This document shows positions 8,863 to 16,997 of a stretch of 64,000 nucleotides of DNA, in pieces (positions within the stretch are counted from its first letter, which is position 1; each line of letters begins with the position of its first letter). Both the position numbers and the translations under genes were made by a program. The notes under the pieces are model-generated. The model worked only from the letters and a program-made list of their open reading frames with translations. It searched no databases and had not been told where the DNA came from. The stretch is from a virus, in the IMG/VR virus record IMGVR_UViG_3300042549_004948, positions 64,001 to 128,000 of that record; one strand, written 5' to 3'.

Positions 8863-9055
8863 TTATTTATTATTAATTACTATATCTGTTATCTTATCAC
8901 GACTTCCTTTAATCTGATTATCTATATTATCTACTTGGGCATTTAGATAACCAATTATAAATCCAGTCATCCAAAATTGTTTATCATTCTCATCACAACC
9001 ATGACATCCTTCCCCAAGCAGATTCTGCTAACTGTTCTAGTTCTTTTCTTGTCAT
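8863..9055 (-). pseudogene. frameshifted small gene (CxxC protein)
   Basis: 193 nt; removing one G from GGGG at 9012-9015 gives a 63-aa ORF MTRKELEQLAESAWEGCHGCDENDKQFW... Confidence 0.55.
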
Positions 9056-9058
9056 AGT

Positions 9059-9235
9059 TTATAGTTTTCCTATTTCTTGTTTTACTTCTGTCCAAAACTC
9101 GAATCCTCCATCTGAGCCCATAAATCTTAATACTTCATCAGCAGCTATTAATGCGGATTGTTTAGCCCATCCATCACCCATTCCTACATTGAGGTATGCT
9201 GTAAATAATTCCAATGCTTTTTCTTTTGGTGTCAT
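9059..9235 (-). CDS. small hypothetical protein (58 aa, not in ORF track)
   Basis: MTPKEKALELF...AKQSALIAADEVL...FWTEVKQEIGKL. Confidence 0.7.
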   Translation of the reverse strand: MTPKEKALELFTAYLNVGMGDGWAKQSALIAADEVLRFMGSDGGFEFWTEVKQEIGKL

Positions 9236-9251
9236 AACTTATTTAATTTAG

Positions 9252-9369
9252 TAGTCAGGGCCGGAATCGAACCGGGGGAAGTAACCTTACGACTCCATGA
9301 TTTTGCACCTTGATCGGTGTCCATTGGTCTCTAGGACTCGGGACCATCCCTCATTACACCCACCTGACT
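9252..9369 (-). tRNA. aberrant tRNA-like RNA (118 nt), anticodon undetermined
   Basis: Perfect acceptor AGTCAGG/CCTGACT+A, T-arm CCGG-TTCGATT-CCGG, D-stem GGTG/CACC with large insert, no canonical anticodon arm. Confidence 0.6.
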
Positions 9370-9375
9370 AAAGGA

Positions 9376-9492
9376 GTGGGCCTTTCCCCACGGTCAGAAG
9401 AACTTACAACTTACCTACGCACAGTGAGGTATTCTTCATGTTTGTTCACAGAGCCTGTTCAGAGTGCACCATTCCAGGTTGTCGTGCGTGTC
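9376..9492 (-). ncRNA. candidate structured RNA with two pseudoknots
   Basis: GC-rich intergenic segment; stems GAAGAA/TTCTTC, TACCT/AGGTA, GTGGG/CCCAC and long-range ACGCAC/GTGCGT, ACAAC/GTTGT. Confidence 0.4.
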
Positions 9493-9556
9493 ATTATAAA
9501 ATTAATCAATCTATTTGAATCTTAGGCTGTTGATCTCCGAAGTAGGGCCAAAATTC

Positions 9557-9772
9557 TTAGAACACTACAATGATTAGGCCAGGATTATAGTGCCACTCTA
9601 TACTTTTTAGTTCAAGTCTTTCTACTTCTTTTAAAACCAAGGCTTTCAATGTCTTGTCTCGGCCACAATCTAAAAGGACTTGCGCACCATCTTTTGATTC
9701 AAGTAACCATTTAGGTAGCTCTAACTCTATTTCTTTATATGGCAGATCTTTTAAATTAAATTTCTTTTGCAT
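9557..9772 (-). CDS. hypothetical protein
   Basis: 71-aa ORF. Confidence 0.55.
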   Translation of the reverse strand: MQKKFNLKDLPYKEIELELPKWLLESKDGAQVLLDCGRDKTLKALVLKEVERLELKSIEWHYNPGLIIVVF

Positions 9773-9786
9773 ACCTATTTGTATTT

Positions 9787-10128
9787 TTATAGATCTATCG
9801 CTACTGCTGGCAGTTGAGAGTTTAAATACCCACTTTCAAGTAATTTCCAAAGTCCACGTAAATCCTGAGCAACCAACTCTTTTTTATCGTTATAGGCGTC
9901 GTATTCTTTTTTTTGCTGCCAGTCAGTTTCGAATATATACCAATCAATCCAGTCCACTCCATTAGAATTATATTCGATTCCCATGGTTTCATTAAACAAG
10001 ACATAGAAGTGGCTCATGATATCGTATTTGCCCTCGGATAAGTTTAAGCCTATCTCGTGAAGTGCGTGCATGTCTTGCAAGGCTTGTTTATAGGTAAGCA
10101 TTATTTTTTCGAATGATTCCCATTTCAT
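9787..10128 (-). CDS. hypothetical phage protein
   Basis: 113 aa, GVDWIDWYIFETD motif. Confidence 0.7.
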   Translation of the reverse strand: MKWESFEKIMLTYKQALQDMHALHEIGLNLSEGKYDIMSHFYVLFNETMGIEYNSNGVDWIDWYIFETDWQQKKEYDAYNDKKELVAQDLRGLWKLLESGYLNSQLPAVAIDL

Positions 10129-10203
10129 AGTCTGTATATTGTATATTTGTATTTATATAGATTTTTAGGCCCTCTCGGATCGCCCCCTACCCCCCTGGCC
10201 TTT

Positions 10204-10833
10204 CTAAGGTCTTTCTCCTACAATTCTTTCTAATTCTTCTTCGAGCATGCTTGTACTATATCCGTTATGATATTTGGTATTTGGATCTAAGTCTTTGATT
10301 TGTTGGACTAAGTCCTCTCTTCTTCCTTGGTTATAGAATTGTTGTTCTATCGAGTTTGTTAAATTGTGCATTTGATCTGTACCAGCAACGCTGATCCTTA
10401 GATCGTAGTCATGCCACTTAGTTTTATAATCCCATATCAGGAAGTTTTTAGTTAACCTTCTTTTAAGATCGCTAAGTGTACGATTCCTTACTCGAACAAT
10501 GGAATTATCATCTCCAAATAGATGTAAAAACCTGAGAACCCACCTAGGACACCATTTTGGTTTTGCCTTGTAGTCCATGAATATAACTAAAGGCTCCATA
10601 GCTTTAAAGATTGGGCCTTCCTCTTTCCAAGGTACACTTCCTAAATAATGGTATTTCTCATAGAAGTTTTTAGGAAAGAACACAGATCTAAGATCTTCGA
10701 ACGTGATGTTCCTTGTATGGATCATGCCTTTGCTTCTGCCTTTCCAGAATAGTAGACTCTGTAAAAAATCTACAGCCTTTTCTTTCAATGGTCTTCTGTC
10801 CTTGAACGGACCGAACTTACTTTTATTTTTCAT
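10204..10833 (-). CDS. hypothetical protein
   Basis: 209-aa ORF. Confidence 0.75.
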   Translation of the reverse strand: MKNKSKFGPFKDRRPLKEKAVDFLQSLLFWKGRSKGMIHTRNITFEDLRSVFFPKNFYEKYHYLGSVPWKEEGPIFKAMEPLVIFMDYKAKPKWCPRWVLRFLHLFGDDNSIVRVRNRTLSDLKRRLTKNFLIWDYKTKWHDYDLRISVAGTDQMHNLTNSIEQQFYNQGRREDLVQQIKDLDPNTKYHNGYSTSMLEEELERIVGERP

Positions 10834-10851
10834 AACTTTTTGTTGTATATG

Positions 10852-10897
10852 TAAATATAATTAAATTCAGTCAATCGTGTATACTTATCTTTAGAGT
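10852..10897 (-). promoter_or_regulatory. bipartite promoter ACTnnAAAGAT-N27-TATATTTA
   Basis: Motif pair upstream of 10204-10833. Confidence 0.6.
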
Positions 10898-11001
10898 GAA
10901 TTTAATATGGCTAGATTAGCCTTTATCCTCTTTTGATGTTTCTTGTGGTTTTTTGTACTTTTAAGATTAGCGGGTTTTTGATGCTTTTTGCTTTTTGCCA
11001 T
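10891..11001 (-). CDS. 36-aa highly basic peptide (not in ORF track)
   Basis: MAKSKKHQKPANLKSTKNHKKHQKRIKANLAILNSL; ATATTTAT motif 11 nt upstream. Confidence 0.5.
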   Translation of the reverse strand: MAKSKKHQKPANLKSTKNHKKHQKRIKANLAILNSL

Positions 11002-11263
11002 GATTTTTACTATAAATATAAGTACGAACTTTATAATAAACCATTGTTCCAACCATTATTAAGTTCAAAGTATAATTCAATATCAATGGATAATCCCAAG
11101 GTCTGAATAGAATATAGGTGAGCATAAACACTTCACCAAAAAACCAAAGTAGTAGAAATGGCCAACCTAGATGACACGCTCCGTCCTTTATGGTTCTAAC
11201 GAGTTCTGGGAACCCACAGACCGCTAAAAATATCCCGCCTAAGTATCCTATCATTTCTATCAT
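10967..11263 (-). CDS. PQ-loop/SemiSWEET-like membrane protein
   Basis: IGYLGG.FLA.C.FPE..RT.K, 3 TM segments, PLILNY; PQ replaced by PE. Confidence 0.75.
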   Translation of the reverse strand: MIEMIGYLGGIFLAVCGFPELVRTIKDGACHLGWPFLLLWFFGEVFMLTYILFRPWDYPLILNYTLNLIMVGTMVYYKVRTYIYSKNHGKKQKASKTR

Positions 11264-11264
11264 G

Positions 11265-11507
11265 TCAGCTTATTTTTAGCTTTGCGTAGTTCTGATAGAT
11301 GTTAACATAATTCCTATCTTCTGGATTTCCTACTGTTTTAAAACTTAAGTATTCTTTATTTACTTCAAATTCTACTTCTTTATTCTTTAGTCTCCAAAGT
11401 CCTTTAGTCTTTAGTTGACCAGGGTGTAATGGCATCAGAAATTTATCGGATCCTTCTAAATATTCTATGAACCACTGATCTTCTTTCTTAATTAGTTTTC
11501 CTTTCAT
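11265..11507 (-). CDS. hypothetical protein
   Basis: 80-aa ORF. Confidence 0.65.
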   Translation of the reverse strand: MKGKLIKKEDQWFIEYLEGSDKFLMPLHPGQLKTKGLWRLKNKEVEFEVNKEYLSFKTVGNPEDRNYVNIYQNYAKLKIS

Positions 11508-11640
11508 AGTGAGTTTATGATTTCTTCTTAGATTTTTTGTCCGTACTCTCTAATTTTTTGAAGATCTTTTGCTAACTGGTGATCATAAACCATTTTAAAT
11601 ATCAAAGAACATAGTACTATTACAAACATAATTGCTCCTA

Positions 11641-11907
11641 TCATAACATTCTTTTTTTCTGTAAATTAATAAATTTTTCGTATTCTATCCAATGTCCAAC
11701 TTCTTCTATTCCTGTATCTTCCCAATCAGGAACATATAGAATTATAATTCCTTCCATATCCTTTCCTATTGATATAAAACCAAAGCCTTCGCATATACAC
11801 GGCATATGATATCCTGGTACAAGATCCTTTGCCACTTCTTCTATATCAAAGTCCCAAGGAAATTCAGGATCATTTATATCTGCCCATTGTTTTGAAAAAT
11901 CAGCCAT
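11641..11907 (-). CDS. hypothetical protein
   Basis: 88 aa, CICEGFG motif. Confidence 0.7.
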   Translation of the reverse strand: MADFSKQWADINDPEFPWDFDIEEVAKDLVPGYHMPCICEGFGFISIGKDMEGIIILYVPDWEDTGIEEVGHWIEYEKFINLQKKRML

Positions 11908-12177
11908 TTAATTAATTTTTTGAGAGGTATCCGACAAATATCTTTTTAATACTTGATAATTAGGTGCGTCTTCTGAGCATCCTAGTCCCATGTTACTTAA
12001 GATAAATTTAACATCTCCAACTGTACTAACTTTATTCCAATCTATCGAATACCATTTAGGTATGGGGTCTTCTGTTATTTGCATAACTTCAGCATTAAGA
12101 TATTCTACAGGAGGAGTAGGTGCTGGCATTGCAACTACAGGCGATTTTTTCTTTCTAGGTTTTTCACTTACTGCCAT
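11908..12177 (-). CDS. hypothetical protein
   Basis: 89-aa ORF. Confidence 0.65.
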   Translation of the reverse strand: MAVSEKPRKKKSPVVAMPAPTPPVEYLNAEVMQITEDPIPKWYSIDWNKVSTVGDVKFILSNMGLGCSEDAPNYQVLKRYLSDTSQKIN

Positions 12178-12178
12178 A

Positions 12179-12343
12179 TTATTTAATTTTGTTGTACATT
12201 TTAAATTTACACAATTTATTTAATTCGTCGATAATTAAGTTTATAGTGGTTTCCCACTCTTTGTATTCTTTCTTCTTTCTCCTATCTGGTTTCTCAGAAA
12301 ACAGATCTTCTACTCTTTCAACTAATGATGTAACATTTGACAT
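12179..12343 (-). CDS. small hypothetical protein (54 aa, not in ORF track)
   Basis: MSNVTSLVERVEDLFSEKPDRRKKKEY... fills the gap exactly. Confidence 0.55.
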   Translation of the reverse strand: MSNVTSLVERVEDLFSEKPDRRKKKEYKEWETTINLIIDELNKLCKFKMYNKIK

Positions 12344-12350
12344 TAGATTT

Positions 12351-13118
12351 CTATTTTACTGAATTAGTTTTTAATATTCCATCTTCAATAATAAGATAGT
12401 CTCCTGATGTTTCCATAGTATCTATAAAGTAGTATCTACCTCCTGTATGTTTATCTGATCCTATTATATCTATTTCTCTCATTCGAGTATGCCCGACAAT
12501 TTGAATGTAGTCTTTCTTTAATCCCTTGCCGTGTTTCTTATTTATAGACATTAATGATCCAGGTCTAATCCAAATTGGCGTTTGCTCTTGACTATCTCCA
12601 TGAGGATCAAAGCCATTAAATTCAAATGCTTTAGGTTTATATCTAAATAATTCATTCAAATCAACTACAACACTCTCCTTACTCCAATCATCAGAACCAA
12701 ATACTTGATCCATAAATCTTGGACTTACACCTGCATGAGTGAATAGATATTCACCAAATCCATAAGCCATTTGCAAATGATATCTATTCTCATCTACAAC
12801 CTGAGTAATTGAATGTCCTACACCTGATTGATATCCACTAGTGCCTGTGTAACCTATCTCAGGAAAATAATGATGATCGTGGTTACCTATAAGTAATACT
12901 ACTTCAGTTTTATGTTGATTATCTTTACCATCATTTGTAAATGAGGTTTCTTTATATTCTATGATTTCTTTAAAATTGTGTATCTGCTCCACTCCACTTA
13001 TTTCAAATGAGTCAAAATAATCGCCCATAAAAATAACCCTATCTGGATTTTCTTTATATACAGCGAGTTTCCAATCTGATCTCCCATGCAAATCTCCTAT
13101 AACAATAGTTTTTGACAT
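12351..13118 (-). CDS. calcineurin-like metallophosphoesterase
   Basis: GDLHG, GDYFD, GNHD, THAG, GHT motifs. Confidence 0.92.
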   Translation of the reverse strand: MSKTIVIGDLHGRSDWKLAVYKENPDRVIFMGDYFDSFEISGVEQIHNFKEIIEYKETSFTNDGKDNQHKTEVVLLIGNHDHHYFPEIGYTGTSGYQSGVGHSITQVVDENRYHLQMAYGFGEYLFTHAGVSPRFMDQVFGSDDWSKESVVVDLNELFRYKPKAFEFNGFDPHGDSQEQTPIWIRPGSLMSINKKHGKGLKKDYIQIVGHTRMREIDIIGSDKHTGGRYYFIDTMETSGDYLIIEDGILKTNSVK

Positions 13119-13155
13119 AATATAAATTTAAGACTATTTAATGAAATAAATTAGA

Positions 13156-13503
13156 CTATCTCCAAAGTACTTGAATTGCCACTATAATTACTCCTAATAT
13201 TAAAGACACTATGGTTTTAGGTGTTAACTGTTCTCCAAATAATAGCCAGCTCATTAAAGAGAATACTATGATCCCGAGGCCGAAACCTATCAATCTTTGT
13301 GGCCAGAGTTCACCATCGAATGCGGCTATTAAATTCTCTATTGATCTTAGAAAGATCCAACTAATCGGGATAGATAAAAGAAGTAAGGCCCATTGATGTT
13401 TTGTATTCCATCCATATCTTATGCCTACTTGTAATTGGGTGAAAGACAAGATCTGTCCTACGAGCCCATATAATATTCCGAAAACTAAATTCTGCATAAC
13501 CAT
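13156..13503 (-). CDS. small 4-TM DMT/SMR-like membrane protein
   Basis: Four hydrophobic segments, C-terminal LLFGEQLTPK as in the DMT superfamily. Confidence 0.65.
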   Translation of the reverse strand: MVMQNLVFGILYGLVGQILSFTQLQVGIRYGWNTKHQWALLLLSIPISWIFLRSIENLIAAFDGELWPQRLIGFGLGIIVFSLMSWLLFGEQLTPKTIVSLILGVIIVAIQVLWR

Positions 13504-13519
13504 TTTACTTTATTTTTTA

Positions 13520-13795
13520 TTATTCTTCTGGTTGTAACACTAGTCCTGATGACATGTTACCTCCGGTCTCTTCTAATGCTTCTTCATTTAGAAGTTCGTG
13601 GATCTCTTTCTTGATTTCTTTTATAGCATCAATATATTGCGTTAACTTCTCTTTTTTATCTGGAGATAAATTGGAGATTCTTTCTTTCATACTCATTTCG
13701 CCTTTAACTTGCACTACTTCGTCTGTAGATTCTGATTCTATTTCCATTAAGGCTTTGAGTTTCTTGCTATATTCTACTGGATTCAAATAATTCAT
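13520..13795 (-). CDS. acidic hypothetical protein
   Basis: 91 aa; ATATTTAT motif upstream; L-x-E sites. Confidence 0.7.
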   Translation of the reverse strand: MNYLNPVEYSKKLKALMEIESESTDEVVQVKGEMSMKERISNLSPDKKEKLTQYIDAIKEIKKEIHELLNEEALEETGGNMSSGLVLQPEE

Positions 13796-13797
13796 TT

Positions 13798-14010
13798 CTA
13801 TGCTTTATTATAAATATTTGACATCTGAACTAATTTCTTACCCAATTCAGGATCCTTGATGATATGAACTTCAAAGTCACTCTTAGATCCAGCGGCAATG
13901 ATTCCAGTATACCTCTCTGAAGTAGAGTGCTTTACACATGTCGTACCATACCCTAGTTGTACTCTTTTAGGATGAATTTCCTCATTACATACTTTACAAT
14001 ACTTTGTCAT
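13798..14010 (-). CDS. DksA/TraR-like zinc-finger protein
   Basis: CKVCNEEIHPKRVQLG..TCVKH. Confidence 0.6.
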   Translation of the reverse strand: MTKYCKVCNEEIHPKRVQLGYGTTCVKHSTSERYTGIIAAGSKSDFEVHIIKDPELGKKLVQMSNIYNKA

Positions 14011-14029
14011 AGTTTATTTGTTTTTATTA

Positions 14030-14488
14030 TTACCAACTTGAATGATACTCAAAACTTTCTGCATCTTTATCTCCTAGGCATTCTTCTAGAATGTCTATAG
14101 TTTCTATAATACTTCCATAATAATATGGATCATATTCTGTTGAGCCAAAGAAAAATCCTGACTCGCTTGAAAGTAATTTAGGACCTTTACTATTGTCTTC
14201 CATAACCTCTTGACATATTTCGAATAGATCTTTCAATTCTGACTTAGTAACTCGATAATAGCCACAATCGTCCACGCCGTTTTGAACATTATCCACGAAC
14301 CATTTGTGAATGTGGTTGGCCTTTCTCCAATATCCTACTTCCTCTATCACATACTTAATGCGGTTGCTCTTTATTGTAGGATGGGAATTTCCACCTCTAG
14401 TAATTGTAATGCCTTCTCTAAATTCTTCCTTAACCCAATCTCCCGAGGTAATATACACCTTCTTGTACAAATACATGTCAAGTCCCAT
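14030..14488 (-). CDS. conserved phage hypothetical protein
   Basis: MGLDMYL...YWRKANHIH.WF...GFFFGST.YD...SSW pattern. Confidence 0.8.
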   Translation of the reverse strand: MGLDMYLYKKVYITSGDWVKEEFREGITITRGGNSHPTIKSNRIKYVIEEVGYWRKANHIHKWFVDNVQNGVDDCGYYRVTKSELKDLFEICQEVMEDNSKGPKLLSSESGFFFGSTEYDPYYYGSIIETIDILEECLGDKDAESFEYHSSW

Positions 14489-14512
14489 AACTTTTATTTT
14501 AATTGTTTTTGA

Positions 14513-15400
14513 TTATGCTTCTACTTTAGAATATGTTTCGTAACGTTTTGCTGCAGAGTTCTTGGCACTTTGACTTCCGCCATTTTGCCAATCGTATACT
14601 TCTTGAATAAAGTCATTAAATTTCTTAGCCGATACTTCATAGACCGTAGTTTTTTCTATAGATTCGCCTTTGTCTTGCGTAACTTCGACGCTAACTTTAT
14701 ACTTATTTATTTTTAGAATTTTAAATGAAGTAGCCCATACGTAATTGTGGTTAAATCTACCTGTAGAAAGTTTGATGACGTGATTATATTGTTTGATTTT
14801 GTATTCGGGATCCTCAGGGGTCCAATTTCTTTCACAAATAGTCTTTTCGTCTAAAGTAAGCGCAAAACCTTCCTTCTTGTAACTATCTAGACCTTGTACT
14901 CTAAGATCCGATTCTACTTGATGTATACTTCTATTGATATCATGTATCTCATATTCTAACTCTTCTAGTTTAGCACTGATATTTTTAAAAGCTGGATACC
15001 AATTATTAATAAACTCATGAGAGATTATTCCTAACTTAGAAGCCACGGCTCCGAAGATTTCTACATCTATAAGAGTATTTTCGTCCTCTAGTCTAGCACT
15101 AGAACCATACCAATTCATTTTAACTGATATCGGATTTCTTGTTTTATAGTCTATGTCTAAAGATAGCGTGCATCCACCCCACGATGAATTTGGACTTTCA
15201 CTCCTTGATATTTCTATAGAGTGTTGCGATGCATTAATGTTAGGGACTTTTGAACTAACATTTTTTTTGAACCACTCTAGAATATTTAGTCTTAGCTCAT
15301 TATTCTTAGGAGAATAAGATTGTTCCTTATGTTCTAATGCTATCTTTTGCTTTTCTAGTAACTGCGCATTCAATGCGCTTAATATAATTTTGTTGCTCAT
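14513..15400 (-). CDS. hypothetical protein with coiled coil
   Basis: Likely start MSNKII at 15400 (AAAATAAAAGTTATG context). Confidence 0.75.
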   Translation of the reverse strand: MSNKIILSALNAQLLEKQKIALEHKEQSYSPKNNELRLNILEWFKKNVSSKVPNINASQHSIEISRSESPNSSWGGCTLSLDIDYKTRNPISVKMNWYGSSARLEDENTLIDVEIFGAVASKLGIISHEFINNWYPAFKNISAKLEELEYEIHDINRSIHQVESDLRVQGLDSYKKEGFALTLDEKTICERNWTPEDPEYKIKQYNHVIKLSTGRFNHNYVWATSFKILKINKYKVSVEVTQDKGESIEKTTVYEVSAKKFNDFIQEVYDWQNGGSQSAKNSAAKRYETYSKVEA

Positions 15401-15419
15401 AACTTTTATTTTATTTTGA

Positions 15420-15614
15420 TTATTGAAAAAAACAATTCTTTTGCTTCCACATACCGTTGCGATTTGTTTCGATAACATAGTCGCCATTGTAGGCTCTATT
15501 TTCACGAAGTACTAACCACACTTTTACTTTTTCTGTTTCGATTTTGAGTTCATCGCCGTCCCAGGCTTGTTCGATTGTCTCTAGGCTTTCTAACTGTCTT
15601 TTTGTGTATTCCAT
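15420..15614 (-). CDS. hypothetical early protein
   Basis: Likely start MEYTKR, directly downstream of promoter module C. Confidence 0.65.
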   Translation of the reverse strand: MEYTKRQLESLETIEQAWDGDELKIETEKVKVWLVLRENRAYNGDYVIETNRNGMWKQKNCFFQ

Positions 15615-15625
15615 AACCTTTATTT

Positions 15626-15767
15626 GATTGATATATGTAAATCTACAACAATCCAGTGACATAAAAAAATATTTTTAGTACTTTTTCAAAAGTTGTCGAT
15701 TGGAAATCAATCAGTTATAAGTGATTGATTATCAATAAGTTATAAGTAGTTGGAAATCAATAGGTTA
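15626..15767 (-). repeat. repeated promoter module copy C
   Basis: About 50 nt nearly identical to 19297-19350, plus three contiguous 25-bp dyad units at 15693-15767. Confidence 0.9.
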
Positions 15768-15771
15768 TGTA

Positions 15772-16086
15772 TTAATAACCATATTTGTTTATAAGCCTAT
15801 CAATTATCTCTTGATCTGACTTATCTATTGAGCCTCTACTATGTAGTTTTTTTATGTATTCAATATGCTTTTCTACTACAGGCTTATTTGAACTATTTCT
15901 AACTATTGCTAGTTTATATTCTTGAGTGAGGACTTCTTTTAATATCTGAACTTTCTTAATGTAGTCTGGAGTTATTAACTTGATTTCTTTGTCTTTAGCT
16001 TTCTTATCAAAATGTTCTTTATGTTCCATTGCTTTTACTAACATATCAGCCATTTTGTTTAAAGAAAGTTTGTTGATACTCATCAC
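15772..16086 (-). CDS. hypothetical protein
   Basis: 104-aa ORF. Confidence 0.65.
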   Translation of the reverse strand: MMSINKLSLNKMADMLVKAMEHKEHFDKKAKDKEIKLITPDYIKKVQILKEVLTQEYKLAIVRNSSNKPVVEKHIEYIKKLHSRGSIDKSDQEIIDRLINKYGY

Positions 16087-16373
16087 TCCTTGTTTTTAAT
16101 CATGTAAGTAAAGATAGTCTTTTGTAATGAATTTAAAACCTCTGTATTTTCTTTTATAAGATCTGCAAGTCTATCTCTTTCTTCTATCAACAGTTGCATC
16201 ATTTCTTCTTGCATTCTATCTACCTTTTGCTCTAATGCATCATTCTTTGCTACTAATCTTTGATATTGTATCCAAGCAAAATATCCTAGTAAAAAAGCTA
16301 GCAATCCTAATATTCCATATTCCATGGCATGAGACTCTAATATATCCATTTTTATGTCTTGTAGTAATACCAT
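16083..16373 (-). CDS. BhlA/UviB-like holin-like protein
   Basis: EYGILG + single TM + coiled-coil tail. Confidence 0.5.
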   Translation of the reverse strand: MVLLQDIKMDILESHAMEYGILGLLAFLLGYFAWIQYQRLVAKNDALEQKVDRMQEEMMQLLIEERDRLADLIKENTEVLNSLQKTIFTYMIKNKE

Positions 16374-16374
16374 C

Positions 16375-16587
16375 TTAGTTTACCGCTGAAAATCTTTTAT
16401 ATAATAATTCTTCCCATGATTCTGCATAAATTAATAGATTCTCATATTTAGAGTCTATTACTTTATACTCTAATAACTCAGTCATAATCTGAACCCAGGT
16501 TTCTCTTGAATTTACATATAAAAGAGGGTGAATGCCACTAGGTATTTTTATGTCGGCTACTTCGTCTAATACGTCATAGTATAACAT
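16375..16587 (-). CDS. hypothetical protein
   Basis: 70-aa ORF, ATATTTAT upstream. Confidence 0.6.
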   Translation of the reverse strand: MLYYDVLDEVADIKIPSGIHPLLYVNSRETWVQIMTELLEYKVIDSKYENLLIYAESWEELLYKRFSAVN

Positions 16588-16605
16588 GTTAATAAATATT
16601 TTAGT

Positions 16606-16995
16606 TTACTTAAAAGATTCTATATTGAAGACTTCTTTAAGACATTTTTTAGTGTCTTTTTTTGCCACTCTATGAGCTTCTATTTCCATTGGATTTTTAT
16701 CATCTGATAAATATAAAGCTAAGATCTGGTAATGCCGCATGTTCTGTTTATAGTGAGTATACTCATGTATGATGCTATTGGCTAATTCGTACAACGTTTG
16801 ATGCTGGTTTTTATCTATAAATATAATAGAGTCAATCTCATCATAGTATGCCATGCAACCTTCTGTATAATAGTCAGACTTTCTGAACTCTAGATACGGG
16901 AATTCTCTATTGAACTTTGATTTACCATAAGTTTTTAAGCACCATTCTAACATCTTAGTGGCGTGACCTCTTGTAATCTTTAATGGTTCATTCAT
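16606..16995 (-). CDS. zincin-like metallopeptidase
   Basis: IIHEYTHYKQ ... NPMEIEA (HExxH...E). Confidence 0.75.
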   Translation of the reverse strand: MNEPLKITRGHATKMLEWCLKTYGKSKFNREFPYLEFRKSDYYTEGCMAYYDEIDSIIFIDKNQHQTLYELANSIIHEYTHYKQNMRHYQILALYLSDDKNPMEIEAHRVAKKDTKKCLKEVFNIESFK

Positions 16996-16997
16996 AA

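Noticed and set aside
9376-9550. Hammerhead/pistol/theta ribozyme call, and micro-ORFs MTRTTTWNGAL and MKNTSLCVGKL
   Set aside because: CUGAnGA/GAAA and other catalytic cores are not matched; the 11-codon ORFs have no independent support
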